A stretch of DNA of 64,000 bases from Flavobacteriales bacterium. GTDB taxonomy: Bacteria; Bacteroidota; Bacteroidia; Flavobacteriales_F; PHOS-HE28. Location: contig JACJZH010000003.1 of the NCBI GenBank assembly GCA_020635695.1, positions 83,603 to 147,602 on the forward strand. Reading direction: 5' to 3'. Position 1 is the first letter of the stretch, and the number at the start of each line of letters is the position of its first letter. The notes beneath the pieces were generated by a model. The model was not told the origin of the DNA. It ran no database searches and worked only from the letters and a program-made list of their open reading frames with translations. Both the position numbers and the translations under genes were made by a program. Positions 48,925 to 59,256 of the stretch are shown piece by piece.

Positions 48925-51195
48925 ATGCGCCCATACCTCACCCTCGTGGCAGGCCTCCTGTGCCTCCAGGCCTCCGCCCAGTTCGACCTTCAATGGGACC
49001 CTTCCGTACCGGTCCAACGCCAGGGAGCCGACCTGTCCCTCGCCTGGGCCGGAGGGCTCAACTACTGCCAGGTGTCGGAGATCGACCTGGACCAGGACGG
49101 GTTGAAGGACCTCTTCGTCTTCGACCGCTCGGGAGGTCAGGTGGTGACCCTTCTGAACGGGGGCACGCCGGGGCAGGTGGATTACACCCATACCATCGCC
49201 TACGATGAGGTATGGCCGTTCCGCGAGCTCCACGATTGGGTGCTGCTGCGCGACTACAACTGCGATGGCAAGGAGGACATCTTCTCCTATTCCCTCGGAG
49301 GATTCGCCGTGTACCGGAACATCTCGGACAACAACGGCCTGGCCTTCGAACTGGTGGACACCCTGGTACGCTCGAACTACGTGCCCACCAACGCGAACCT
49401 GTTCGTGACACAGGTGGACGTTCCCGGGATCGTCGATGTGGACGGCGACGGCGATCTGGACGTGCTCACGTTCAGCATTTTCGGGTCGTACATGGAATAC
49501 CACAAGAACCTGAGCATGGAGCTGTACGGCACCTGCGACAGCCTCACCTTCGAGGTGCGCAACCGCTGTTGGGGCTACTTCTCCGAGAACCTGAACAACA
49601 ATTCGGTCACGCTGAACAACCCCTGTGGCTTCAATGTGCCGGACCCGGAGATCGGTCCGGCCATCGCACAGGCCACGCTGGAACTGGAGCGCGAAGCGGC
49701 GGACCCGAGGGAGGTGACCGGGCAGGAGAAAGCGGCCGCGCACGTCGGATCCACCATCACCCCGTTGGACCTCAATGGCGATGCCGTGATGGACGTGCTG
49801 ATCGGGGATGTGTCCTTCAGCAACCTGACCGCACTGACCAACGGGGGCACCGTCACGGACGGGCTCATGGTGGCGCAGGACACGTTGTTCCCCGTGTACG
49901 ACCTGTCCGTGGACCTTCCGATCTTCCCCGGTGCCTACTTCCTGGACCTCAACAACGACGACAAGCGCGACCTGGTCGTGAGTCCCAATGGAACATCGCT
50001 TTGTCAGAACTTCGAGAGCCTCTGGTTCTACCTGAACGAAGGCACGGATGACGCTCCGGTCTTCGCCCATCAACAAAAGGACCTGTTCCAGGCGGACATG
50101 ATCGAGGTCGGGGAAGGAGCCTATCCCGTTCCATTCGACCATAATGGCGATGGGCTCATGGACCTGATCATCGCCGACCATGGATATTACCAGGCCGGAG
50201 GGAACTATCCGAGCAAGTTCCTCCTGCTCGAGAACACCGGCACCGTGAACAGCCCGGCCTTCACCGTGGTCACGGACGACTACCATGATCTTTCGACAAG
50301 CGGGATCGGCCAATCCATGTATCCTGCCTTCGGTGACATCGACGGCGATGGTGACCAGGACATGTACATCGGCGACCAACAGGGCCGGCTGCATCACTTC
50401 GAGAACATCAGCACCACGCCCGTTGCCGAGTTCCAATTGGCGCAACCGAACGTCACCGATGCGAACAGTGTGGTGATCGACGTGGGACAATTCGCAACAC
50501 CCCAGTTCTTCGACGTGGATGGTGATGGTCTGCTGGACCTGCTGATCGGCGAACGGAACGGGAACGTGAACTACTACCGGAACCAAGGCACTCAGGCACT
50601 GCCTTCCTGGAACCTCGAGGAGGACACCCTCGGTGGACTCACCGTGACCGAGTATTGGAACATCACGGGGCATGCGGTGCCTTTCATGTTCCTGAACCAG
50701 GACGGGGAACGCGAGATGCTGGTGGGATCGGAGTCGGGGGCGATCCATCACTGGACCGGGATCGAGGGCAACCTGACCGGTCCTTTCACCTTGGCCGACA
50801 GTACGTTCGGCGACATCGATGAAGGGATGCGGAGCGCAGTTGCCCTGCACGATTTCCATGGAACGGGTGACCTGGACCTCGTGACGGGCAACTACCGGGG
50901 GGGGATCGGGTTCTGGCGCAATGACTTCAGCGTTGGGATCGCCGGCGAGGTCGACAGCGATCCGCTCCGGCTGTTCCCTAATCCTGCGGACGAGGGAGTG
51001 GATGTGGTCCTGGACCGACCAGCGGAGCATGGCTCCCGGCTCCAGCTCTTCAGTTCACAGGGGCGGTTGGTCCTGGAGGTGCCTGCACGAGGACAACGCA
51101 TCCGCGTAGGTACCTCGCAGCTGGCCAACGGCATCTACCTGCTACGCATGACAGGCGGACCTTGGGAGGCCGTCCATCTGGTCGTTCAGCATTGA
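48925..51195 (+). CDS. FG-GAP/VCBS repeat protein with a T9SS type-A C-terminal sorting domain
   Basis: ORF 48832..51195(+). The preferred start is ATG 48925 (MRPYLTLVAGLLCLQASAQ, a signal peptide). Repeated Ca-binding-like D.DGDG..D loops occur: DVDGDGDLDVL, DLNGDAVMDVLIGD, DHNGDGLMDLIIAD, GDIDGDGDQDMYIGD, FDVDGDGLLDLLIGE. The C-terminus is LFPNPADEGVDVVL...LANGIYLLRMTGG...LVVQH. A TACCTTTG box at 48863-48870 may be its -7 element. Confidence 0.85.
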   Translation: MRPYLTLVAGLLCLQASAQFDLQWDPSVPVQRQGADLSLAWAGGLNYCQVSEIDLDQDGLKDLFVFDRSGGQVVTLLNGGTPGQVDYTHTIAYDEVWPFRELHDWVLLRDYNCDGKEDIFSYSLGGFAVYRNISDNNGLAFELVDTLVRSNYVPTNANLFVTQVDVPGIVDVDGDGDLDVLTFSIFGSYMEYHKNLSMELYGTCDSLTFEVRNRCWGYFSENLNNNSVTLNNPCGFNVPDPEIGPAIAQATLELEREAADPREVTGQEKAAAHVGSTITPLDLNGDAVMDVLIGDVSFSNLTALTNGGTVTDGLMVAQDTLFPVYDLSVDLPIFPGAYFLDLNNDDKRDLVVSPNGTSLCQNFESLWFYLNEGTDDAPVFAHQQKDLFQADMIEVGEGAYPVPFDHNGDGLMDLIIADHGYYQAGGNYPSKFLLLENTGTVNSPAFTVVTDDYHDLSTSGIGQSMYPAFGDIDGDGDQDMYIGDQQGRLHHFENISTTPVAEFQLAQPNVTDANSVVIDVGQFATPQFFDVDGDGLLDLLIGERNGNVNYYRNQGTQALPSWNLEEDTLGGLTVTEYWNITGHAVPFMFLNQDGEREMLVGSESGAIHHWTGIEGNLTGPFTLADSTFGDIDEGMRSAVALHDFHGTGDLDLVTGNYRGGIGFWRNDFSVGIAGEVDSDPLRLFPNPADEGVDVVLDRPAEHGSRLQLFSSQGRLVLEVPARGQRIRVGTSQLANGIYLLRMTGGPWEAVHLVVQH

Positions 51196-51212
51196 ACGCC
51201 TCCAGGAACGGA

Positions 51213-51237
51213 AAGGGGCGCCTGCCGGGCGCCCCTT
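51213..51237. terminator. Bidirectional hairpin terminator between convergent genes
   Basis: aaggggcgcc (51213-51222), loop tgccg, ggcgcccctt (51228-51237), a perfect 10-bp stem. It lies between the stop at 51195(+) and the stop at 51259(-). Confidence 0.65.
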
Positions 51238-51258
51238 CCACATGACGTTGTCCTTGGG

Positions 51259-52302
<1,044 letters not shown>

Positions 52303-52341
52303 CTACCTTGTCGGGAGCATCGGACCCGTCCGAAAGGCACC

Positions 52342-52974
52342 ATGGCAACCATTCTCGAAAAGGAACGTCTAAGCCCCACATGGAGTGGTATGGAGGTTGC
52401 CGTGGATCCGATCCCTGTGGAGCTCATCGATGGATGTCTCACCGGGGACAGACGCTGTCAGCAGCGGATCTACGAGACCTTCTACGGGAAGATGCTGGCC
52501 GTATGCCTGCGCTACACCAAGAACACCGACCAGGCGAAGGACATCCTTCAGGATGGCTTCATCAAGGTCTTCAGGAGCATGGACCGGTTCAACCGGGAGG
52601 GTTCCTTCGAGGGCTGGGTCAGGCGCATCATGGTGAACACGGCCATCGATCACTTCCGTCGGTCGAAGAACTCCTATCTGCTGCTGGGCGAGGACCAGTC
52701 CATCGAGGACCATGGAGACCCGGACGTGGAGGAACCGTTCGACGACCCCACCGAGGAGGAGGAGATGGACCTGCGACCTGCGGACGTGATCAATGCGATG
52801 CAGAAGCTGACACCGGCCTATCGCACGGTGTTCAATCTCTATGTGTTCGAGGAGATGACCCACAAGGAGATCGCCGACGAGCTTGGCATCAGCGTAGGGA
52901 CCTCCAAGAGCAACCTGGCCAAGGCCAAAGGAAACCTTCGAAAGATCCTGAAGCAGGAGCATCGGCTCCCTTAA
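52342..52974 (+). CDS. RNA polymerase sigma-70 family factor, ECF subfamily
   Basis: ORF 52342..52974(+), 210 aa; ATG 52390 is an alternative start. Region 2 is DILQDGFIKVFRSMDRFNREGSFEGWVRRIMVNTAIDHFRR. Region 4 is YRTVFNLYVFEEMTHKEIADELGISVGTSKSNLAKAKGNLRKIL. Confidence 0.9.
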   Translation: MATILEKERLSPTWSGMEVAVDPIPVELIDGCLTGDRRCQQRIYETFYGKMLAVCLRYTKNTDQAKDILQDGFIKVFRSMDRFNREGSFEGWVRRIMVNTAIDHFRRSKNSYLLLGEDQSIEDHGDPDVEEPFDDPTEEEEMDLRPADVINAMQKLTPAYRTVFNLYVFEEMTHKEIADELGISVGTSKSNLAKAKGNLRKILKQEHRLP

Positions 52975-52987
52975 TCAGCATGCACAC

Positions 52988-54289
52988 ATGAGCGGGATGG
53001 ACGCGTTCGAACAGAAGATCAGGGATGTCCTTGAACCGTTCGAGGTGCCTTACAATTCGGCCGACTGGTCCCAGATGGAACGGATGCTGGACGGTCAGAA
53101 GCGGGGTGTACGGGCAGGACGATCGGCCTGGGGCATTGCGCTGCTCCTGATCATGGGGGCCACCGCCGGCATTTGGGCCTGGCAGTCCGATCATGAAGGT
53201 CCGGCTGATGGTCCGACCTCCATGGCCGAGACCCGGTCGCAGGGCGAGAACCCTTCTCCGGCACGGGTCCAGGATGCCTCACCGGCACCTACACAGCCTG
53301 GGTCCGAAGGGACCATGGACACCTCGGACCACCAGGAAGCGACCTCGACCAACCCGGAACGCGGCACCGGCTTCCAGGGGATCCACCGCACGGAAGGCCG
53401 CACGGCCACTTCGGAGGTTTCCCGTCCTGGTGGTCAAGTGAGCGAACAGCGGAGCTCCGACCCGGTACCGCCCACGGAAGAAGATCCGACCCCGGAAGCA
53501 GAGGCCACCATGGCGATACGCCCCAGCATCACGGAAGGGTGCCCAGGAACCACGGTGGAGTTCAGTGCAGAGAACCTCCCGGATGAGGGCATTTTCCTTT
53601 GGAACTTCGGGGATGGCAGCTTCAGCAACAAGTCGAACCCCAGCCATACCTACTCGAAATCCGGCCGTTTCGAAGTGATGCTGTCCCACTCCTCCATGGG
53701 CGGCGGCAACATCCGCAACAAGCCTTCGTCCGACCTGATCGTGATCAATGAGGCCCCCGAGGCGGACTTCGTCGCCCAGGCCCAGAACTTCGATGGGCAG
53801 TTGCCTTCGGTCCATTTCGAGAACCGTACGGTAGGCGGACGGTCCTATCAATGGGATTTCGGTGACGGAGTGACCTCCGATGTGGCGCACCCCGATCACA
53901 TCTTCCGAAGAAAGGGGACCTACAAAGTGGAGCTGGTGGTGACCAACGCCAGTGGCTGCGTGGACCGAAAGGAACGCGAGGTGGTCGTGGCGCATGACTA
54001 CAACCTGCTGGCCCCGGAGGCCTTCTCCCCGAACGGGGACGGGACGAACGACCTGTTCATCCCTGAAGCCCTGAGAGACCTGGACCTGCGCTTCAAACTC
54101 GCCATCTACGACCGGTCCAATGGGGAACTGGTGTATGAGACGACCGACGCGACCAAGCCCTGGACCGGCCGCAGAATGAACCGGGGGGAGTTGTGCAAGC
54201 CTGACACGTATGTCTGGGTGGTGGAATTCCCCGACGCGCTGCACTTGAGCGATACGCCCTTCCAAGGTGAAGTGACCTTGGTGCGCTGA
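52988..54289 (+). CDS. Membrane-anchored PKD-domain protein with a T9SS type-B (gliding-motility-associated) C-terminal domain; candidate anti-sigma partner
   Basis: ORF 52988..54289(+), 433 aa, starting 14 nt after the sigma gene. The N-terminal ~45 aa (MSGMDAFEQKIRDVLEPFEVPYNSADWSQMERML...) are followed by one TM helix (WGIALLLIMGATAGIWAW) and a Pro/Ser/Thr/Glu-rich linker. Two PKD-like units follow (...WNFGDGSFSNKSNPSHTYSKSGRFEV..., ...YQWDFGDGVTSDVAHPDHIFRRKGTYKVELVV...). The C-terminus is APEAFSPNGDGTNDLFIP...YVWVVEF...GEVTLVR. Confidence 0.75.
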   Translation: MSGMDAFEQKIRDVLEPFEVPYNSADWSQMERMLDGQKRGVRAGRSAWGIALLLIMGATAGIWAWQSDHEGPADGPTSMAETRSQGENPSPARVQDASPAPTQPGSEGTMDTSDHQEATSTNPERGTGFQGIHRTEGRTATSEVSRPGGQVSEQRSSDPVPPTEEDPTPEAEATMAIRPSITEGCPGTTVEFSAENLPDEGIFLWNFGDGSFSNKSNPSHTYSKSGRFEVMLSHSSMGGGNIRNKPSSDLIVINEAPEADFVAQAQNFDGQLPSVHFENRTVGGRSYQWDFGDGVTSDVAHPDHIFRRKGTYKVELVVTNASGCVDRKEREVVVAHDYNLLAPEAFSPNGDGTNDLFIPEALRDLDLRFKLAIYDRSNGELVYETTDATKPWTGRRMNRGELCKPDTYVWVVEFPDALHLSDTPFQGEVTLVR

Positions 54290-54311
54290 TCCGCCCTGAT
54301 CACCTACAGGG

Positions 54312-54352
54312 ACTCCCCCGCATGCCTTCGTGCCTGCGGGGGAGTGTTCTTT
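54312..54352 (+). terminator. Rho-independent terminator after the PKD/T9SS-B gene
   Basis: actcccccgca (54312-54322), a 12-nt loop, tgcgggggagt (54335-54345). This is a perfect 11-bp stem followed by gttctttcc. Confidence 0.7.
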
Positions 54353-56873
54353 CCGGGGGACACATCGGACCCACGCTGCATTCCGTCGAGCCACATCGCC
54401 GACTGGTCCAAAAGACGGCGTGCAACCGTGTTCCTGTCCATCCCCCGGGTACTTTCGGAAACGTATGGCCAGGCTCACGCAGCAGGACCGACCGCGGCGA
54501 TCCGGACCCCGGGCAGGAAAGGAGATCCTCCTTTGCCTGCTGGTATGGGCCCTCCCCTTTCTGGCCAACGGACAGGCCTTTGAGATCTTCAATGGCACGG
54601 AGCTGACCTGCTCGGGAGCATTCCTGGACAGCGGCGGACAGGGTGGTTCCGGATACGGGAACAACGAGAACTACACCTATACGCTGTGCCCGGACAATCC
54701 CGGCGATGCGATCTCGGTGGACATGCTCACGTTCGACCTGTCCACGGCCGGTCCCGCACCCATCGACATGCTGACCGTATACGATGGGAATAGTACGGCG
54801 GCCCCAGTGCTGGGGTCGTATACGGGGAATTCCCTCCAAGGACAGATCGTTTCTGCGACCTCCTCCAACGGAAGTGGTTGTCTGACCTTCGTTTTCAACA
54901 GCAACTCCAGCGGCACCGGGATCTTTGCCGGCACGATCAGCTGCTACGTGCCATGCACGAGGCCGGTGGCCGCCGTGGACATCGGCTTCCAGCCTCCCGC
55001 CTTGATCTGTCCGGGGGAGACCGTGAACTTCGACGGAAGCCCATCGACCTCCGCCCCTGGAACCCAATTGGTGAGCTATGTGTGGGACTTCGCCGATGGC
55101 ACCACCTTGACCACACCGACACCGCAGGCCTCGCACACGTTCACCGCGGTCGGCGAACACCTCGTACAGCTCCAGGTCATCGACGACAACGGCTGCTCCA
55201 GCGTGAACCTGACCGATGTGGCCGTCCGCGTGGGGACCGCTCCGACGTTCACCGGCACTCAAGGCGATCTGGTGGGCTGTCTGGGTGAGCCCTTGTGCCT
55301 GGACGGTGTGGTGGTACCGACCACCTGGAACGAGCTTCCGGAGGCCGACTTCGGCGATGGGGTGTATCTGCCGGACAACGTCGGGGATTGCTTCACGTCG
55401 GACCTGTTCTTCACCCAATTCGCCCCCGGGCAGACGCTGACGAACATCAATCAGCTTCTGACCATCTGCCTGGACATCGAACACAGCTTCATCGGAGACC
55501 TGGTGATCTCGGTGACCTCACCTTCGGGGGAGAACGTGATCCTCCATCAACAGGGAGGGGGAAGCACCTTCCTGGGCGATGCCAACGACCTGGACAACAA
55601 CATCAATCCCGTACCAGGCACCTGCTGGACCTATTGCTTCAGCCCCACCGCCAGCAACGGCACCTGGGTGGACAACTCCCAATTGGGCGCCACGCCGAAC
55701 GTGGTCAATGCCAGTCAGGGAGCGTCCCTGGCGCCAGGCACCTACGAGAGCGTACAATCCTTGAACGGCCTTGTAGGAGCGCAATTGAACGGCACCTGGA
55801 CCATTGAGGTCTGCGACCTCTGGGCGGCCGATAATGGCTTCCTCTGCTCCTGGAACATCGACTTCGATCCAAGTCTGTTCCCGGACCTGACCGAGTTCAC
55901 CCCGGTATATGGTGCCGGTTGCGACAGCTCCTACTGGTCGGGACCCGGGATCGTCCAGACCGGCCCGGATTGCAACTCGATCTGCACGAGCCCGGGAAGC
56001 ACGGGTGATCATGACCTGACCTTCACGGTGACGGACAATTTCGGCTGCACCTACGACACCGTGATCACGGTGACCGTGATCCCCGACCCGACCGTGGACG
56101 CCGGCCCCGACCAGACCACCTGTGATGACCCGGTGCAATTGAACGCACAAGCGAGCGGTGGGCTTTCCACGAACTGCACCTACACCTTGGAGCAGTTCGA
56201 TTCCTACGGCGACGGCTGGAACGGCGGCCAGTTGACCATCACCGTGGACGGTGTCCCGACCAGCTACACCTTGTCCAACGGCTCATCCGGCACGGTCTCC
56301 ATACCCGTGGCGCATGGTGTCCCCATCCAACTGAGCTGGCAACCCGGATCGTTCAACGGCGAAGTATCGTTCGACCTCCTGGACGCCGGTGGGACCGTGG
56401 TGTACTCGGCCGGCCCGGGTCCGGCTTCAGGCACGCTTTGGTCGGGCACGACGGACTGCGGCCCCCAGGCAGCCACGTTCATCTATTCGTGGGACCCGCC
56501 CACAGGTCTTTCCGACCCTTCCATTGCGGACCCGATCGCCACGGTGGGAGCGACCACCACCTACTGCGTGACGGTGACGCAGGCCGGCCACCCGGAATGC
56601 AGTGCCACGGATTGCGTCACCATCACAGTGGACGCCGGAGTCTCCGCAGGGACCGATGCGGCGGTCGACCTCTGTGCCATGGACCCGGCCGTCGACCTCT
56701 TCACCCTGCTCGGCGGTGCCGATACCGGAGGCACTTGGACCGATCCGCTCAACGGCCCATCCCCGGGTTTGGTGGACCCGGCTTCGGATCCATCAGGGGA
56801 CTACCTGTACGTGGTGATGGGTACCGGCACCTGCACGGCGACCGATACGGCGGTGGTCACCGTGAACATCACA

Positions 56874-57584
56874 GCGCCTCCCTTCGCGGGCAATGACGCG
56901 GCCGTCGCGCTCTGCTCCTCCGATGCGCCGACGGACCTCTCCACCTTGATCGGAGCCGCGGATCCCGGGGGAAGCTGGACCGGGCCCGGTGGTGTGGCCT
57001 TCTCCGGAACCCTCGATCCGGCTTCTGATCCTGCGGGTGACTACACCTACACCGTCGCTGGGACCGCACCTTGTCCTGATGATCTGGCCGTCGTTTCGGT
57101 CGTCATCAACACCCCGCCCTTCGCCGGCAACGACGCGGCCATCACGCTCTGCTCATCCGATGCGCCGACGGACCTCTCCACCTTGATCGGAGCCGCGGAT
57201 CCCGGGGGAAGCTGGACCGGCCCCGGTGGTGTGGCTTTCTCGGGAACCCTCGATCCGGCTTCAGACCCTGCGGGTGACTACAACTATACCGTCACGGGGA
57301 CCGCACCCTGTCCCGATGACCTCGCGGTCGTTACGGTCGTCATCAACACCCCGCCCTTCGCCGGCAACGATGCGGCCATCACGCTCTGCTCATCCGATGC
57401 GCCGGTGGATCTCAATTCGTTGATCGGAGCAGCGGATCCAGGAGGTACCTGGAGCAAGCCGGGGGGTACCTCCTTTTCGGGAACCCTCGATCCGGCCGTC
57501 GATCCCGCTGGGGACTACACCTACACCGTCGCAGGAACGGCGCCCTGTCCCGATGACCTCGCGGTCGTATCGGTCGTGATCAAT
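56874..57584 (+). repeat. Intragenic tandem repeat, 3 x 237 bp (79-aa modules)
   Basis: Copies start at 56874, 57111 and 57348 ((A/T)PPFAGNDAA..LCSSDAP.DL..LIGAADPGG.W..PGG..FSGTLDPA.DPAGDY.YTV.GTAPCPDDLAVV.VVIN). They are clearly alignable at nucleotide level, with scattered substitutions. Confidence 0.85.
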
Positions 57585-57830
57585 GACCCTCCATTTGCCG
57601 GTACTGACGGGGTGATCGCGCTGTGCATCAGCAGCCCACCCACGCCCTTGTTCCCTGTTCTGGGCCCGGGAGCTGGAATGGGGGGAACCTGGTCGGGGCC
57701 AGGGCGGATCGGCTTTCAATGGAGTGTTCGACCCGTCGATGCATGCTTCGGGAACCTATGTCTACTCCATTCCGGGCAACGCACCGTGCCTTGGTGATGC
57801 GGCATCGGTCACGGTGAACCTGGTGTCACA

Positions 57831-59256
57831 GCCGGACGCCGGAACTCCCGGGGCCATGCTGCTCTGCACCTCCGACCCGGCCCAGGACCTCTTCAGCCTC
57901 CTGGGGGGAAGCCCCGACCCCGGAGGAACCTGGACCGATCCCAACGGTGTGGCCTTCGGCGGGAACTTCGACCCGGCCAACGACCCGGCAGGGACCTACA
58001 CCTACACCATCGCCGTGCCACCGCCATGCGTGGCCCAGAGCAGCACCGTGGACATCTCCCTGGCGCAGCCCCCGGACCCGGGGCTGGATGCCGCGATCAC
58101 CCTGTGCATCTCCGGATCGACGCAGGACCTCTTTGCCGCACTGGGCGGCTCCCCGGACACCGGGGGTTCATGGAGCGACCCCAACGGCGTGGCCTTCAGC
58201 GGGAACTTCGACCCGGCCACTGACCTGCCGGGCAACTACACCTACACCGTGCCCGGTGCCGGGCCATGTCCCGATGCTGCGGCCGTGGTGCAGGTGAACG
58301 TGGCCACGGAGCCGGACGCCGGAACTCCCGGGGCCATGCTGCTCTGCACCTCCGACCCGGCCCAGGACCTCTTCAGCCTCCTGGGGGGAAGTCCCGACCC
58401 CGGAGGAACCTGGACCGATCCCAACGGTGTGGCCTTCGGCGGGAACTTCGACCCGGCCAACGACCCGGCAGGGACCTACACCTACACCATCGCCGTACCA
58501 CCGCCATGCGTGGCCCAGAGCAGCACCGTGGACATCTCCCTGGCGCAGCCCCCGGACCCGGGGATGGATGCCGCGATCACCCTGTGCATCTCCGGATCGA
58601 CGCAGGACCTCTTCGCCGCACTGGGCGGCTCCCCGGACACCGGTGGTTCATGGAGCGACCCCAACGGCGTGGCCTTCAGCGGGAACTTCGACCCGGCCAC
58701 TGACCTGCCGGGCAACTACACCTACACCGTGCCCGGTGCCGGGCCATGTCCTGATGCTACTGCCGTGGTGCAGGTGAACGTGGCCACGGAGCCGGACGCC
58801 GGAACTCCCGGGGCCATGCTGCTCTGCACCTCCGACCCGGCCCAGGACCTCTTCAGCCTCCTGGGGGGAAGTCCCGACCCCGGAGGAACCTGGACCGATC
58901 CCAACGGTGTGGCCTTCGGCGGGAACTTCGACCCGGCCAACGACCCGGCAGGGACCTACACCTACACCATCGCCGTGCCACCGCCATGCGTGGCCCAGAG
59001 CAGCACCGTGGACATCTCCCTGGCGCAGCCCCCGGACCCGGGGATGGATGCCGCGATCACCCTGTGCATCTCCGGATCGACGCAGGACCTCTTCGCCGCA
59101 CTGGGCGGCTCCCCGGACACCGGGGGTTCATGGAGCGACCCCAACGGCGTGGCCTTCAGCGGGAACTTCGACCCGGCCACTGACCTGCCGGGCAACTACA
59201 CCTACACCGTGCCCGGTGCCGGGCCATGTCCTGATGCTGCGGCCGTGGTGCAGGTG
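57831..59256 (+). repeat. Intragenic near-identical tandem repeat, ~3 x 480 bp (each copy is two 80-aa modules)
   Basis: The sequence lines are 60 nt wide, so copies offset by 480 nt align line-for-line. Copy 1 (57831-58310) and copy 2 (58311-58790) differ at 8 positions. Copy 2 and copy 3 (58791 to ~59256) differ at 4 positions. Similarity decays abruptly upstream of 57829 and downstream of 59256. Confidence 0.95.

Noticed and set aside
57831-59256. Regularly spaced near-identical repeats, as a possible CRISPR array or a DGR template/variable-repeat pair
   Set aside because: The repeats are 480 bp long, contiguous without unique spacers, and in-frame inside a coding sequence, so this is not a CRISPR array. 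No reverse transcriptase is nearby. The differences between copies are mixed (C/T, G/A, C/A, T/C, G/T) rather than adenine-specific, so this is not a diversity-generating retroelement.
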